A stretch of DNA of 64,000 nt from Candidatus Zhuqueibacterota bacterium (GCA_029262005.1 JAJDAG010000199.1:9531-73530); one strand, 5' to 3'. Shown: positions 36,829 through 47,350, counted from the first letter of the stretch. The notes: generated from the sequence alone by a model not told the origin. Made by a program: numbers and translations.

Positions 36829-39072
36829 ATGAGAAGCTATGCTGCCTGGCTATGGCAAAAATGTGCTACAAAGCCACAAACTGAATCTGTTGATAAAACA
36901 ATGTCCAAAATAATCCAGAAATACCGCAAAGTCCTGCACAATGAAAGGCGTGAAATGGGGGCCATCGTTCTGAATAAAGTCTTGGCTTCTATTGGTTTGG
37001 GCTTTGGCTCCATTTTGGCGATCGTTTTCTCGCCGGACTCGTGGATGGCAGGCACCGTCCTGTTTGTGGTGAGCATTTTGTTTTCGTGGATAACCCGCGG
37101 CCTGTCGATATGGAACAGGAGTTTTATTTTGCTGATCATTCTTGGGAACGTGTTGGTTATTGCATTTTCAAATATGCAGATCATGAATGAGTTAAGCCTC
37201 AACTTCCTGGGAGACTGGCGTTATGCCCTTAAAAAAAAAGTTGCTCCGGATTTAGGCAAGGAACTGCAACTCGTTCTCATCGACAAGAAAACCCAAAAGC
37301 ATCTAGGTGATGACTTACGAGGCTACAGGGAGTATCACGGCAAAGTGCTTGGGAAGCTTGCTGAAAAAGGAGCGCGTGTGATTGGATTTAATATGATTTT
37401 TTCTTCTCAAAGTCCGCACGATGTAATTTTTGCCGACAGCTTGAAAGCGTTGAAGGACACCAGAATCATCATTCCTGAACGTTACTTATTTATGACGGAT
37501 AGTTTTGTTACAACAAACCGGACGATTGCCTCGGCAATTCAAAACAATGCAGGACAGGTTGTTCATAAAACCCATGATTTCCTAGGTACAGACTCTGACG
37601 GAACCGTAAGAACAGTGGCATTAAAAAAGCACGAACATTTAGCTTTTCCTTTACTGGTCTACCTCACTTATGTAGACGGTGAGTTGATTCCTTCACGTGA
37701 GAACGTGAGCTATCGAACAAAAAACCGGGAATTACGCACGATCCCAACAGGTGATGAAACAAGAATGCTTATCAATTACACAAAAAACCGGTTCACTGCC
37801 ATTTCTTATTGGGATGTTTTTACAGGTAGCACACAATCCGATTTTAGTGGCAAGATCGTTCTGATTGGCGTTGTTGAAAATAGCGTTGCCACGCCAGGCT
37901 TTCCCTTTCCAGTAAGAATGTCTAAAGTTGAGATTATGGCCAATGCAATTGGCACATTTCTGGGGGACGCTTACATTAAAGAAGTGCCGCGAAAAATTTA
38001 CTTGGTGTTTCTTCTCGGGTTGATGATGCTGAATTTGTCCAAATTCACCAGACAAATGGAGATAAAACCTATGCGAAAAGTAGCTGCAAAATCGTATTTG
38101 CTTCAGAGTTCTGCTCTGATTGTTACGGCAATATTTGCACAAATCCTGCTTAATCTCTGGGTTGATTTATCTTACCCGCTGCTGGCAATATGGTTGACTT
38201 TCTACATGTTACGGCTATATCCGCGGGTCGCGTCTGAAAGAAACTTCAAAAAGATTAAATTGAGGTTGCGCTATTTGGGCGGCACATTAATTATCATCCT
38301 GCTCACTCTTTGTACAGGCAACCAGAACGTGCTGGGGCAAGAAAATATTGGCAAAATCCGAAAGCTGACCGACGCGAACGACAAAGTGATCTACCAGTCT
38401 GCAAATGGTAAAATTTATGGCGAAATTTATAGAGCGGATGAATTTAATAAGGCCTATACCGGGTACAGGCTGCAACTGCAGGATGCGGTGGAGACGAAGA
38501 AGAACGGCAAAGCAGTACTGGCAATCGAACAAAATGCAGAGGAAATGCTAATTATCAAAATCAATCCGGATGCCAAGTTCAAGATTTTGGACAAGAACAA
38601 ATGGTGGCTTTGGAAAGGTAATTTTCTTGTCTGCGCAAAGGTTGCGGTCAGGTTTTCAACTGAACATGGTACAGCCAGCAATGAAGGAACTGTTTTTTGC
38701 ATGAAGATAACTGCAGACGCGTTTAGCGTGGTTGTGTTGAAGGGAACCGTTTTCTTGAGCAACAGCGTGGGCACCATCACCATTGGTGCCAATGAATTTG
38801 GTGTTTCTAAAAAGGACACACCTTTGAAACAAGGTCGGGTAACCGGCAATGTCGAACAAAAAATTGTAAAAGAATTTGGCGATTGGCCACAAGAATTTCG
38901 TACTGATTTCGACAAAGTTAAGCGGGTAAACCGACTCGCTTACGCGGCGGGACGAACTCGAATTAACACGGGTTCTTCTACTGCCGACATTCGCGAGCCT
39001 GCGCTGGAGTTTGGCGCTGATGCCATATCCGGGTTTGGCACGGTGAATATCGTGGTCACTCGGCCGCAATAA
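36829..39072 (+). CDS. multi-pass membrane sensor with CHASE2 domain and C-terminal FecR-like domain, no recognisable cytoplasmic output domain
   Basis: Three N-terminal transmembrane helices. CHASE2-like region (LQLVLIDKKTQKHLGD...YHGKVLGKLAEKGARVIGFNMIF). Four more transmembrane helices. Then LVCAKVAVRFSTEHGTASNEGTVFCMKITADAFSVVVLKGTVFLSN...ITIGANE, which looks like a FecR beta-sandwich. Confidence 0.5.
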   Translation: MRSYAAWLWQKCATKPQTESVDKTMSKIIQKYRKVLHNERREMGAIVLNKVLASIGLGFGSILAIVFSPDSWMAGTVLFVVSILFSWITRGLSIWNRSFILLIILGNVLVIAFSNMQIMNELSLNFLGDWRYALKKKVAPDLGKELQLVLIDKKTQKHLGDDLRGYREYHGKVLGKLAEKGARVIGFNMIFSSQSPHDVIFADSLKALKDTRIIIPERYLFMTDSFVTTNRTIASAIQNNAGQVVHKTHDFLGTDSDGTVRTVALKKHEHLAFPLLVYLTYVDGELIPSRENVSYRTKNRELRTIPTGDETRMLINYTKNRFTAISYWDVFTGSTQSDFSGKIVLIGVVENSVATPGFPFPVRMSKVEIMANAIGTFLGDAYIKEVPRKIYLVFLLGLMMLNLSKFTRQMEIKPMRKVAAKSYLLQSSALIVTAIFAQILLNLWVDLSYPLLAIWLTFYMLRLYPRVASERNFKKIKLRLRYLGGTLIIILLTLCTGNQNVLGQENIGKIRKLTDANDKVIYQSANGKIYGEIYRADEFNKAYTGYRLQLQDAVETKKNGKAVLAIEQNAEEMLIIKINPDAKFKILDKNKWWLWKGNFLVCAKVAVRFSTEHGTASNEGTVFCMKITADAFSVVVLKGTVFLSNSVGTITIGANEFGVSKKDTPLKQGRVTGNVEQKIVKEFGDWPQEFRTDFDKVKRVNRLAYAAGRTRINTGSSTADIREPALEFGADAISGFGTVNIVVTRPQ

Positions 39073-39091
39073 ATTTAATAGGGATAAAAAA

Positions 39092-40258
39092 ATGAGCCTG
39101 CATAAAACTAAATTATTCAGGATGCGAACCGGAGCCACCCTGATTGTACTTTTACTGATGATTGCACAGAATGTACTTTTTGCTCAAAGTCGAGCATTTT
39201 CAGTTGCCGTCCTGGAGCAGCAGCCCAGATTCATGCAATGGACACTTAAGCAATCCGGGCGGGAGCGACAAATCAGGCAATGGTCCGTACCCATTGGATT
39301 GAATCTGCGCATTGGAAAACGGGGGCATTTATCCATTACCGGCTCGCCAGCACTTTCAGAATACAAGGTTGTAGAAGCGCAGCAGAAGTTTGAATTTTCA
39401 GGTTTTTCTGACTTGAAAATCAACGGCTCGTACCTTGTGGGGAAAAGTAATTGGCTCTTTATCTTCGGGCTCAATCTCCCGTTTGGACATGAAAGTCTTA
39501 GCAACGAAGAATTTGTGGTGGCCAATGTAATCGCCGAGGATGCTTTTGATTTCCCACTCAGTTTGTATGGTACAGGTTATGAAGGAAATTTTGGCATCTT
39601 CAGAGCCTTTAGCCTGCCTTTCCTGACAATCAGTGGCGGTGTGTCTTATTTCATGCGCGGCGGTTTTCAGTTTTTTGAAGCAGACAGTAGTTCAATTTTA
39701 GATTTGGGGGATGAAATCACTGGAACAGTAGGGATTTCCAAGGAATTGACTTCCGGAAATTTGAATTTGGACTTTTACTTTACACATCGAAGGATTGACG
39801 TTTTTGCGAAACAAAAGATTTTTGAGCCGGGAAACAAGCTGGTGCTGAGTTTTTCGACAGACCTGAAACGATATCCATTTGCTCTCAGATTTCAATTAGT
39901 GAACCGTTGGCGCTATGGCACTGAAGCGCTGTTTTTGTCCGGCATTTCTTCTATTCCCCGTCAGGACTTGAATGAGAACCCATATCAAGTTGAAATAGCG
40001 ACCATCTTACAACAGCACCTGTTCCAATCCAGATTTAAACTGGTCTACGCAGCCGAGTTGAAACGTTTTGCCGAGAATGATGCCGGAAGCGAAGGTGCGT
40101 TGATTTATGGCGGTGGTGTGGGATTCCAAGTGCTTTTGTGGCGCGGGCTTATCAGTGGCGCCAATTTTAAATATTATAAAGGACACCTTACCAGTTTGGG
40201 TGCACGTTACGATGTGTCCGCCTTGCAAATAAACAGTACTTTTAAATTTTCATTTTAG
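39092..40258 (+). CDS. putative outer-membrane beta-barrel protein
   Basis: Signal peptide (LLLMIAQNVLFAQS). Alternating amphipathic beta-strand pattern. C-terminal ...NSTFKFSF ending in Phe, the outer-membrane-protein C-terminal signature. Confidence 0.45.
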   Translation: MSLHKTKLFRMRTGATLIVLLLMIAQNVLFAQSRAFSVAVLEQQPRFMQWTLKQSGRERQIRQWSVPIGLNLRIGKRGHLSITGSPALSEYKVVEAQQKFEFSGFSDLKINGSYLVGKSNWLFIFGLNLPFGHESLSNEEFVVANVIAEDAFDFPLSLYGTGYEGNFGIFRAFSLPFLTISGGVSYFMRGGFQFFEADSSSILDLGDEITGTVGISKELTSGNLNLDFYFTHRRIDVFAKQKIFEPGNKLVLSFSTDLKRYPFALRFQLVNRWRYGTEALFLSGISSIPRQDLNENPYQVEIATILQQHLFQSRFKLVYAAELKRFAENDAGSEGALIYGGGVGFQVLLWRGLISGANFKYYKGHLTSLGARYDVSALQINSTFKFSF

Positions 40259-40282
40259 CACGCAGGAGCTTTACAGAGTGTC

Positions 40283-42202
40283 ATGAAAAACAAAGTATAT
40301 CATTTCAGCCTGTTCTCAATGTTTGTCGCTCTGACGTTTTTGCGCTGCAATATGGCGCCAACGACGTTTGCAGAAACCGGCCGGCTCAGCATTGAGGTTA
40401 ACTTCCGCGATACGCCATCAGCGGAGGCCATGTCAAAAACATCGGGCCGTACGGGGGCAACGGGCACAAAGGTGAAAATTACAAAAATAAGCGCTCGCAT
40501 TCTTGACGCGGATAGTACTGAAGTTGTTCAAGAGGATCTTGTGCTGCAGCCAGACAGCTCCTTTGCCGGCAACCTGACAGTTCCGGTTGGTAAGAATAGA
40601 ATTATTGAACTAACTGCATTGTACGATACAACTGTTATTGCCACAGGAGATACTGCCGGTATAGATATTGTTCCGGGAAGAACCACAGCGGTAGGACTGG
40701 AACTCGTTTTTGCCAATGGACTGGCAAGAAATTTACAACTTCTTCCCGAAAGTATTCTGTCAGGTGTTGTAGGTGAGATTCTCCAAAAGCCGATCCGGGT
40801 TAAGGTAACAGACGTAGGTGGTGTTGGTGTGCCGGCTGTTGGTGTATTGTTTAAAGTCACCCGGGGCAAAGCTTTTTTTGCACCAAAGTACGATTCGCTG
40901 CTTATTACTAATTCACAAGGGATCGCGCAAACAAACTTTTTTTTGGGGGAGAAGCCTGAAAAGCTTCAAATAAGCATTTCTGCCAATGACCTCACCGGTG
41001 ACGCTCTTATTGACTCTCCGATCATCATTGCTGTGACCGCAAAGGCACCGCTTCCTTTAATTAATGCATTCACGCCCATTCTGGCGACAGCGGGAACGCA
41101 AGTCCTTATTCGCGGCGAGTACTTTAATTATCCACCTGTGTCTGTGTCAGTTGGTCGAAATGATGTGTCTCAGAATTTTGTAACCATACTTGCAGATACT
41201 TTGCTCAGACTCATCCTTCCGGAAGGTATGGGGAGTGGACCTCTTGCTGTCCAAACTGCAGGGGGTACAGCCAAAACCGGCCGGGATTTGAGTGTCATCC
41301 GAAGCGAGAATATTGAAGTCAATGGTGCTTTGACAGGCATTGCCTCGTCGCTTGACGGCGCAAGTATCTATGTCGGTGATGCCAAGAATATTAGATTGTT
41401 AGTTTTGTCGACCAGGACGTACGAAGAGATCCGTTCTATTTCTTTATTTGATTCAACCTCAGGTAACAGTTTTTCTTTTCCGGGTGCAGTGGTAGCTTCG
41501 CGGATACCTCGACATGGTGAATTTGTCTACGCTGCAACCACCCGAGGCGTTGGCCTTAAAAAAAGATCAACTCAAACAAATGGTAAAGTGAGCGGCCTAT
41601 TCTTTGAGCCTAATGATACGGCTCACGATATTGTTATGAGTGAAAACGGCTTAACCGGCTACATTTCAAGCAATCAGTTAATTCACGTGTTTACCACTAT
41701 TCAGCTCAGTCCTGTGGCAACGATAACAGAAGTTAGTGTTCCAATTGGTATGGCTATAAACCAAAATGAGAGCAGACTTTACGTGGCAAATTCAAAAACA
41801 AACGACGTTCGTGTTTTCGATACAGAAAATAACAACTTCATTGAGAGCGTGGATGTTGGCAATGTTCCGCGCCGGATTGCCATGAGTTCGGTAAATAACC
41901 GTTTTTACGTTACAAACCAGCTAGATAACACGGTGAGTGTCATCAGCGAAGAGCCGCTAAGGGTGATTTCCACAATTGCGGTTGGCCCCAGTCCGGATGG
42001 AATTGCAATTACGCCTGATAACGCGTTTGTTTTTGTTGCCAACACAGGTGGAAAAACGGTTTCGGTTATCGATGTTGGAACCAATAGTATCGTGGCAATG
42101 TTGCCGGCCGGGCAAAACCCAACCAATATCGCTATCACACCTTTGGAAGAAAAAGTGTTTGTCACCAATACCGGCAGCGTCACTATTTACAGTTTTGAGT
42201 GA
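40283..42202 (+). CDS. secreted or lipoprotein with Ig-like regulatory domain, IPT/TIG domain and C-terminal YVTN-family beta-propeller repeats
   Basis: IPT/TIG: NAFTPILATAGTQVLIRGEYF. At least four ~40-aa YVTN-type repeats (RLYVANSKTNDVRVFD, RFYVTNQLDNTVSVI, FVFVANTGGKTVSVIDV, KVFVTNTGSVTIY). Confidence 0.65.
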   Translation: MKNKVYHFSLFSMFVALTFLRCNMAPTTFAETGRLSIEVNFRDTPSAEAMSKTSGRTGATGTKVKITKISARILDADSTEVVQEDLVLQPDSSFAGNLTVPVGKNRIIELTALYDTTVIATGDTAGIDIVPGRTTAVGLELVFANGLARNLQLLPESILSGVVGEILQKPIRVKVTDVGGVGVPAVGVLFKVTRGKAFFAPKYDSLLITNSQGIAQTNFFLGEKPEKLQISISANDLTGDALIDSPIIIAVTAKAPLPLINAFTPILATAGTQVLIRGEYFNYPPVSVSVGRNDVSQNFVTILADTLLRLILPEGMGSGPLAVQTAGGTAKTGRDLSVIRSENIEVNGALTGIASSLDGASIYVGDAKNIRLLVLSTRTYEEIRSISLFDSTSGNSFSFPGAVVASRIPRHGEFVYAATTRGVGLKKRSTQTNGKVSGLFFEPNDTAHDIVMSENGLTGYISSNQLIHVFTTIQLSPVATITEVSVPIGMAINQNESRLYVANSKTNDVRVFDTENNNFIESVDVGNVPRRIAMSSVNNRFYVTNQLDNTVSVISEEPLRVISTIAVGPSPDGIAITPDNAFVFVANTGGKTVSVIDVGTNSIVAMLPAGQNPTNIAITPLEEKVFVTNTGSVTIYSFE

Positions 42203-42365
42203 AGCAATACATCGGCGCTACTTTTGCTCTGGACCGAGTTGCTTTATTCTGAGGCGGCTGGCTTGACCCGTCGTTGGCATAGTTTTCCAACGGGGTGAGC
42301 CAAACAAGCGGGTTTCAAATCCCTCCTTTTAGCGAGAGTACCAATTTAAGAAACCCGCCCTTACA

Positions 42366-43046
42366 TCAGTTTTTCTGGTACTGTTTTTTCAATGCATCCA
42401 GGTCCATTCCCTTAAATCCTTTCATCGCCTCACTCATATCCCTGTATTCGACTTGCGGTCTTTCCAATTTCTCCTTGTCAAATGTCTCGGATATTTTGGT
42501 GGCTTCGATGGTCATTTTCATCCCCATCGCGTTGGTCGCGGTTTTCAGATTGGCCCATTTCCAAACCCAGATTTTTCCCATGTTTGGGATTTCCCAGATA
42601 TCACAAGTTTTGCCAAGCACTTTGCCGGTGCCGATTTTCTTGCCGCCCATTTCCACCATCATTCGTTTACCGATATCTTTCGCATCTTTGTTCTGGAGGG
42701 CCTCAGCCAGAGGATTCGCAATCTTTGTGCCGGATTTCGTTTTGTAGTCATAGGTATAAATCAGGCCGTCGTCATCAAAATTGATGAAGGTTGCGGTGTT
42801 GTTTTCCTGTGTTATCCCCATCATTTCTATTTTTTGATGAGTATATTTTGCTTCTCGCATGCCGTAACGGTCAAAGTACAACTTTTCGGTTCCTGAAAAC
42901 ATATCGCCGGTGATTTTGTATTCGATGCAGGCTTGTTTGAGGCCGTAGCGACTTTTTGCACTTGAGCTGTTTCCGGATTCTACGCTATTGCAATGAACGA
43001 AGCTTAGCAATGACAGCGCTATGAGGCAGGTTGTGAGTTTGTTCAT
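42366..43046 (-). CDS. hypothetical secreted protein or lipoprotein
   Basis: Signal peptide MNKLTTCLIALSLLSFVHC. No recognised motif. Confidence 0.4.
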   Translation of the reverse strand: MNKLTTCLIALSLLSFVHCNSVESGNSSSAKSRYGLKQACIEYKITGDMFSGTEKLYFDRYGMREAKYTHQKIEMMGITQENNTATFINFDDDGLIYTYDYKTKSGTKIANPLAEALQNKDAKDIGKRMMVEMGGKKIGTGKVLGKTCDIWEIPNMGKIWVWKWANLKTATNAMGMKMTIEATKISETFDKEKLERPQVEYRDMSEAMKGFKGMDLDALKKQYQKN

Positions 43047-43153
43047 GGTTTTCTCCCGTTGATTTGTAACTCTTCCCCACTGAGAAACTCTGACAGGATT
43101 TTAAGACCCAGTCAGAGTTAAACTTACAGCAAGGCCTGAATAGTTATTTTAAT

Positions 43154-43400
43154 TTATTGCAAGAGCAACATTTTTTTTGTTTGGCGAACGTCTCCGGCTC
43201 GAAGTTCGTAAAAATAGACGCCACTGCTAACCGCGCGGCCGGCATCGTCCGTGCCATGCCACTTGATTTGGTGAAATCCGTCAGGCTGATTTTGTGACAG
43301 CAACAGCCTGATTCTTTGGCCGAGCAAATTATAAATTGCCAGTTCAACATCGGCGCTTGCACGCAATTGATATTTGATCACTGTTTCCGGGTTAAACGGG
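43154..43400. repeat. copy 1 of a ~240-nt near-identical repeat encoding the T9SS CTD (partner at 47099-47350)
   Basis: By-eye nucleotide alignment gives about 80-90% identity, e.g. gatagacgccgctgctaac / ggccgagcaaatta / atttgatcactgtttccgggttaaacgggtt are shared. The rest of the two genes is unrelated. Confidence 0.5.
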
Positions 43401-44476
43401 TTTGGATAATTTTGATGCAATAGAAATCCGGCTGGTATTTCTATTGCCGCGTTTTCTTCAACAGAAACCACAACACCTCCCGTATGAGTGACAAGAACGA
43501 TGCCGGAATCGCCTACTGCCATGCCGAAGTCATTATTGAAAAAAGACACCCCAAGGAGATTTTTTAGTGTCGGACTTTGCTGTGGGGTCCAGCTTATGCC
43601 GAGGTCAAGTGAACTGAGAATGGTTCCATTGTGTCCCACTGAAATTGCTGTGGTGTTATTTAAGTAAGTAACGTCAGTCAGATCTAATTGTGTTCCGCTC
43701 GACCAGGGCTGCCAGTTGCCGCCCCTATCCAAAGTACCGATTATGGTTCCGACATTTCCAACAGCCACACCGAAAGAGTCGTCAACAAATGCTACTGAAG
43801 TGAGCCAGTCTGAAGTGCCGCTATTCTGCGGTGTCCAAATTGAGCCGGTGCCATCATTTTGAATTATAGTACCATTACCGCCGACGGCATAAACCGGTCT
43901 CGGTGGAATCGTATCCCCTTCAAAATGATTAAAGTCAAGCAACCAGTTAGAGGTGCCGCTCTGCAGTGGCGTCCAGAGCTTCCCGCCATCTCCGGTTCCG
44001 ATTAACGTGCCGTTGACGCCACCGGCAAATCCCAAAGAGTCATCCACAAATATGGTACTGAACAGAAGATTTGCAGCCACTCCTTCCTGCGCCGTCCACG
44101 TGTCTCCGCCATCTGTTGTTTTAATAACTGTTCCGTGTGAATTAAAAAGGCCGCCAACAGCGAAACCGAGCTTTTCATTAGGGAAAAAAACCGAGAGCAG
44201 GTCATCTTTCGTGCCGCTTGAAGGCGTTGACCAGGTCGTCCCGCCATCTATTGTCTTTAGAATAGTCCCTGAATCACCAACCACAACGGCAAAGTCAAGC
44301 CCCACAGTATAGACACTTCTGAGAGTGACTGTCAGGAATTGCGCCTGGATTGTTACCCTCTCCCAGCCCTTCTCCCGGGGTGTTGCCGGGATAGAGAAGA
44401 TTAAGATATTAAGGAGAAGAACAAGTTTTATTATTGCTTTCAAAATTATATCTCCACTTTTTATGGCACCAGTCAA
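43154..44476 (-). CDS. T9SS cargo: Ycf48/BNR-like beta-propeller protein with type-A C-terminal sorting domain
   Basis: Six to seven repeats of G.I..T.DGG.TW.....G....L..V.F (e.g. ILKTIDGGTTWSTPSSG, VIKTTDGGDTWTAQEG). C-terminus NYPNPFNPETVIKYQL...YNLLGQRIRLL...SGVYFYELRAG...KMLLLQ. Confidence 0.7.
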   Translation of the reverse strand: MTGAIKSGDIILKAIIKLVLLLNILIFSIPATPREKGWERVTIQAQFLTVTLRSVYTVGLDFAVVVGDSGTILKTIDGGTTWSTPSSGTKDDLLSVFFPNEKLGFAVGGLFNSHGTVIKTTDGGDTWTAQEGVAANLLFSTIFVDDSLGFAGGVNGTLIGTGDGGKLWTPLQSGTSNWLLDFNHFEGDTIPPRPVYAVGGNGTIIQNDGTGSIWTPQNSGTSDWLTSVAFVDDSFGVAVGNVGTIIGTLDRGGNWQPWSSGTQLDLTDVTYLNNTTAISVGHNGTILSSLDLGISWTPQQSPTLKNLLGVSFFNNDFGMAVGDSGIVLVTHTGGVVVSVEENAAIEIPAGFLLHQNYPNPFNPETVIKYQLRASADVELAIYNLLGQRIRLLLSQNQPDGFHQIKWHGTDDAGRAVSSGVYFYELRAGDVRQTKKMLLLQ

Positions 44477-45423
44477 GCCTTCAATGGCTCTGGTGTGCCC
44501 ATTGCTTTATTTTTTAATTCACGGAACTTGTCGGAAGCAGATGTCAGCTTTTCATCCCACTCCGGACTTGGCTCCTGGCCCTCGATCGTCTCAAAATAAA
44601 CTTGCATCATTGCGGTAATTGCAAACGGTTCAAGCAACGCCGCCTTGATGCTCCACGCGAAAACGATACCAAGTACAAACACCCAAAACCCGGCTTTGCC
44701 TGGAAAGAGAGAAAAAAGCGCCCCGATTGGACCCAGTATCATTAAAAAAATGATGAAGGTCAGCGCGTAGAGAATTACCATCAGGAAGAACGCATTTTTG
44801 ACCATGGTTTTATAGTTCTGTGCGTACAGGATAATGGCGTCTTTGCTGGTCTCCCACGGATTCTCAGACCGGACCCGAAAGTTGTGAGCGATGATGATTT
44901 CATCTGTGTAGGTGAGCGAGAGGTTGACGATCTTGTTGATGATCCCGACCAGATTACCCAGTCCCGGGATAGGTAAAAATTGTGCAATACTAAAAAGCGT
45001 GCGATTGATGGCTTTGAGAACACCCTTGATCAAGCGATCCAACCCAAACAGGAGTGAGGTTTGTGCAAAACGCGCCTGCACTTTTTCTTTCGCGTAGGCG
45101 ATTTGCCCCTTGCCGCCGGGAAGTTCTTTGCCGTCGTAAATCTCAACGAGAACGGCAATGTGCCCGGCTTTCACGATGTAAAGCACGTATTCCCGCAGCC
45201 AGAAAAGAATACCGCTGGCAACCGCAAAGCCGATGAATCCGCCAATGCCTGCACCAGTTCCCGGTTCATCGCCGAATGAAGTGATGAAATAACCGACCGT
45301 CGCACCAATTCCAATTACCAGAAAATACCCGATAGCCACACCCAAGTAAATCAGTAGTCGAAATACGATGAACGGAAGCGTTTTTATCAGCGCTGAAATC
45401 GTTTTGCCTACCTGGAAATCCAT
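44473..45423 (-). CDS. hypothetical polytopic membrane protein
   Basis: Multiple hydrophobic helices (LLIYLGVAIGYFLVIGIGATVGYFI, FFLMVILYALTFIIFLMILGPIGALFSLF). 4-nt overlap with the downstream T9SS cargo gene. Confidence 0.45.
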   Translation of the reverse strand: MDFQVGKTISALIKTLPFIVFRLLIYLGVAIGYFLVIGIGATVGYFITSFGDEPGTGAGIGGFIGFAVASGILFWLREYVLYIVKAGHIAVLVEIYDGKELPGGKGQIAYAKEKVQARFAQTSLLFGLDRLIKGVLKAINRTLFSIAQFLPIPGLGNLVGIINKIVNLSLTYTDEIIIAHNFRVRSENPWETSKDAIILYAQNYKTMVKNAFFLMVILYALTFIIFLMILGPIGALFSLFPGKAGFWVFVLGIVFAWSIKAALLEPFAITAMMQVYFETIEGQEPSPEWDEKLTSASDKFRELKNKAMGTPEPLKA

Positions 45424-45469
45424 GATTGAGCCCCGGTTTTTTTAGTTGACTGTTTAAGCCAAAAATGGT

Positions 45470-47059
45470 TTAAGGCTTTTCTATTAAAATGACCTCGATG
45501 TCTTTGCCTGCTTCGATTTCAAAAACGACGCGATCATAAGTGCCGCCCCAACCCTCGACATTGTAGGTGCCGGGTACCACAGGGTACTTTTGGCCTGAGT
45601 TCTTGTAATGTCTGCGGCCGCCGTCTGCGCCCGGTGCAACAAAGCAGCGTTTATCCGCTGCCGGCGTACCGTCACTATTTTGGTAGCGGATCGTAAAATG
45701 GCCGACAGGAACTTCAATCTCAAAACTCTGTTCGGGCGCTTCTGTGACCACGATGCTTTTCGCTGTGTAGGGCGTCAAGGCGTTGGTCAAGCGCAAATCA
45801 TACGTCCCCGGTAAGACCCTTGCTCCGTTGTGGGCATGGACATTATATTTCTTGGTGCCGTCCTGCCAAAGCTGGTAATTCTCACGAAACCAAATGCCTG
45901 AACCGGAAGCCACCATTTTAAAATTTGCATGAACCGTATGCACGAGCTTGAAAACGACCTCGGTTCGTTTTCCATGTTCTACCGTAGCGGTGACGGAGAG
46001 ATGGTTTTCGGCGTTCGGCTTTGACCGGAATTCATAATTTCCCGGATCGGCGAACGTTTCGTCCATCCACCGAAACGAAAAAGCCTCCTGACCGTTTTGA
46101 TAAGCAGTCACATGCGCCCCTCGCACCTCTTTGCCCTGCTGCAGGAATTTTGCTTTTACAGAAGGCGGCCTGACCACCTGCAACTCGATCACGGTTTCTC
46201 CAATCTCGGCAACCGTGACTTTCTTTGAGACGGGCTGGTAGAGATTGCCGTTTCGCGTTTTCACTCCGGCCAGTAAAACATACTCACCGGCTTCGACACG
46301 ATAACGGCCATTGCTTGTTATCGTAAATCGCTCGTGACCGTTTTGCCTAAGCGTGCCCTCGATTTTGAGTTTTTGGCCGAACTTATCTTTGCCAACCAAA
46401 ATCACAGGGGCGTGTACTGACTTCTTTTTAATTTTCTTCAGACCATCCGCCAGTTCAGCCGCTGAACCGGCATCATAGTATTCTGTTCCGGCCGCCTCTG
46501 AAATGCACTTCATCGCCTGCCTGGCTTTTTCCTCCAAACCGAGGCCGACTACATGCACTTTCAAGTTCACGTTCTTATTTTGCCAGGCGCGAACCAACTC
46601 ACAGGGATCGGCGTCGCAGGTTTCCTCGCCATCGCTAATGAGAATGATGTTGCCTTTGCGGTTGCCGAAATCATTCAGCGCCTGGACCAGGCTGTAATGG
46701 ATCGGCGTTTTGCCGGTGGGATTAACACTTTCCATGAAGGCTTGAAGTTGCTTAACCGCCACCGAAGGCGCTTCGAATGGAACAACCAGTTCCGAATCCC
46801 GACAATCGCCCTCGCGCCGATGGCCGTAGGCACGAAAAGCCAACTCGTACCCTTCAAAATCGCCGGCTATGAATTCTTGCAGAACTTGCTTGGCAACCGC
46901 TATTTTGAAAACGTCATCCTTTAGCTTCTGCCACATGGAACCGGAAGCATCGAAGATAAAATAGATGGCATCGGGTTGACTGGTTTGTGCCAATCCGCTG
47001 GATGGAAATGCGAGCAAGGAGGCCGCCAATAATGTAAATGTAAGAAGAAGCGCTTTCAT
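45470..47059 (-). CDS. secreted von Willebrand factor A (vWA) domain protein with C-terminal Ig-like / carboxypeptidase-regulatory-like repeats
   Basis: Signal peptide. MIDAS motif IFDASGSM. ILISDGEET. Repeated beta-rich ~80-aa modules at the C-terminus. Confidence 0.7.
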   Translation of the reverse strand: MKALLLTFTLLAASLLAFPSSGLAQTSQPDAIYFIFDASGSMWQKLKDDVFKIAVAKQVLQEFIAGDFEGYELAFRAYGHRREGDCRDSELVVPFEAPSVAVKQLQAFMESVNPTGKTPIHYSLVQALNDFGNRKGNIILISDGEETCDADPCELVRAWQNKNVNLKVHVVGLGLEEKARQAMKCISEAAGTEYYDAGSAAELADGLKKIKKKSVHAPVILVGKDKFGQKLKIEGTLRQNGHERFTITSNGRYRVEAGEYVLLAGVKTRNGNLYQPVSKKVTVAEIGETVIELQVVRPPSVKAKFLQQGKEVRGAHVTAYQNGQEAFSFRWMDETFADPGNYEFRSKPNAENHLSVTATVEHGKRTEVVFKLVHTVHANFKMVASGSGIWFRENYQLWQDGTKKYNVHAHNGARVLPGTYDLRLTNALTPYTAKSIVVTEAPEQSFEIEVPVGHFTIRYQNSDGTPAADKRCFVAPGADGGRRHYKNSGQKYPVVPGTYNVEGWGGTYDRVVFEIEAGKDIEVILIEKP

Positions 47060-47098
47060 TATCCCTCCATTTGTTGCGTACCCTGCATTAGCAGCACA

Positions 47099-47350
47099 TT
47101 ACTGCAACAACAGCATTTTTTTGGACTGCCTTAAAGCACCGGACCGTAGTTCATAAAGATAGACGCCGCTGCTAACTGCCCGCCCGGCATCGTTTGTGCC
47201 GTCCCATTTGATTTGGTGAATTCCTTCCGGCTGATTTTGTGACAACAACAGCCGGATTCTCTGGCCGAGCAAATTAAAGATTGCTACTTCAACATCGGCG
47301 CTTTCGTTCAACTGGTATTTGATCACTGTTTCCGGGTTAAACGGGTTGGG
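47099..47350. repeat. copy 2 of the CTD-encoding repeat (partner at 43154-43400)
   Basis: See copy 1. Confidence 0.5.
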
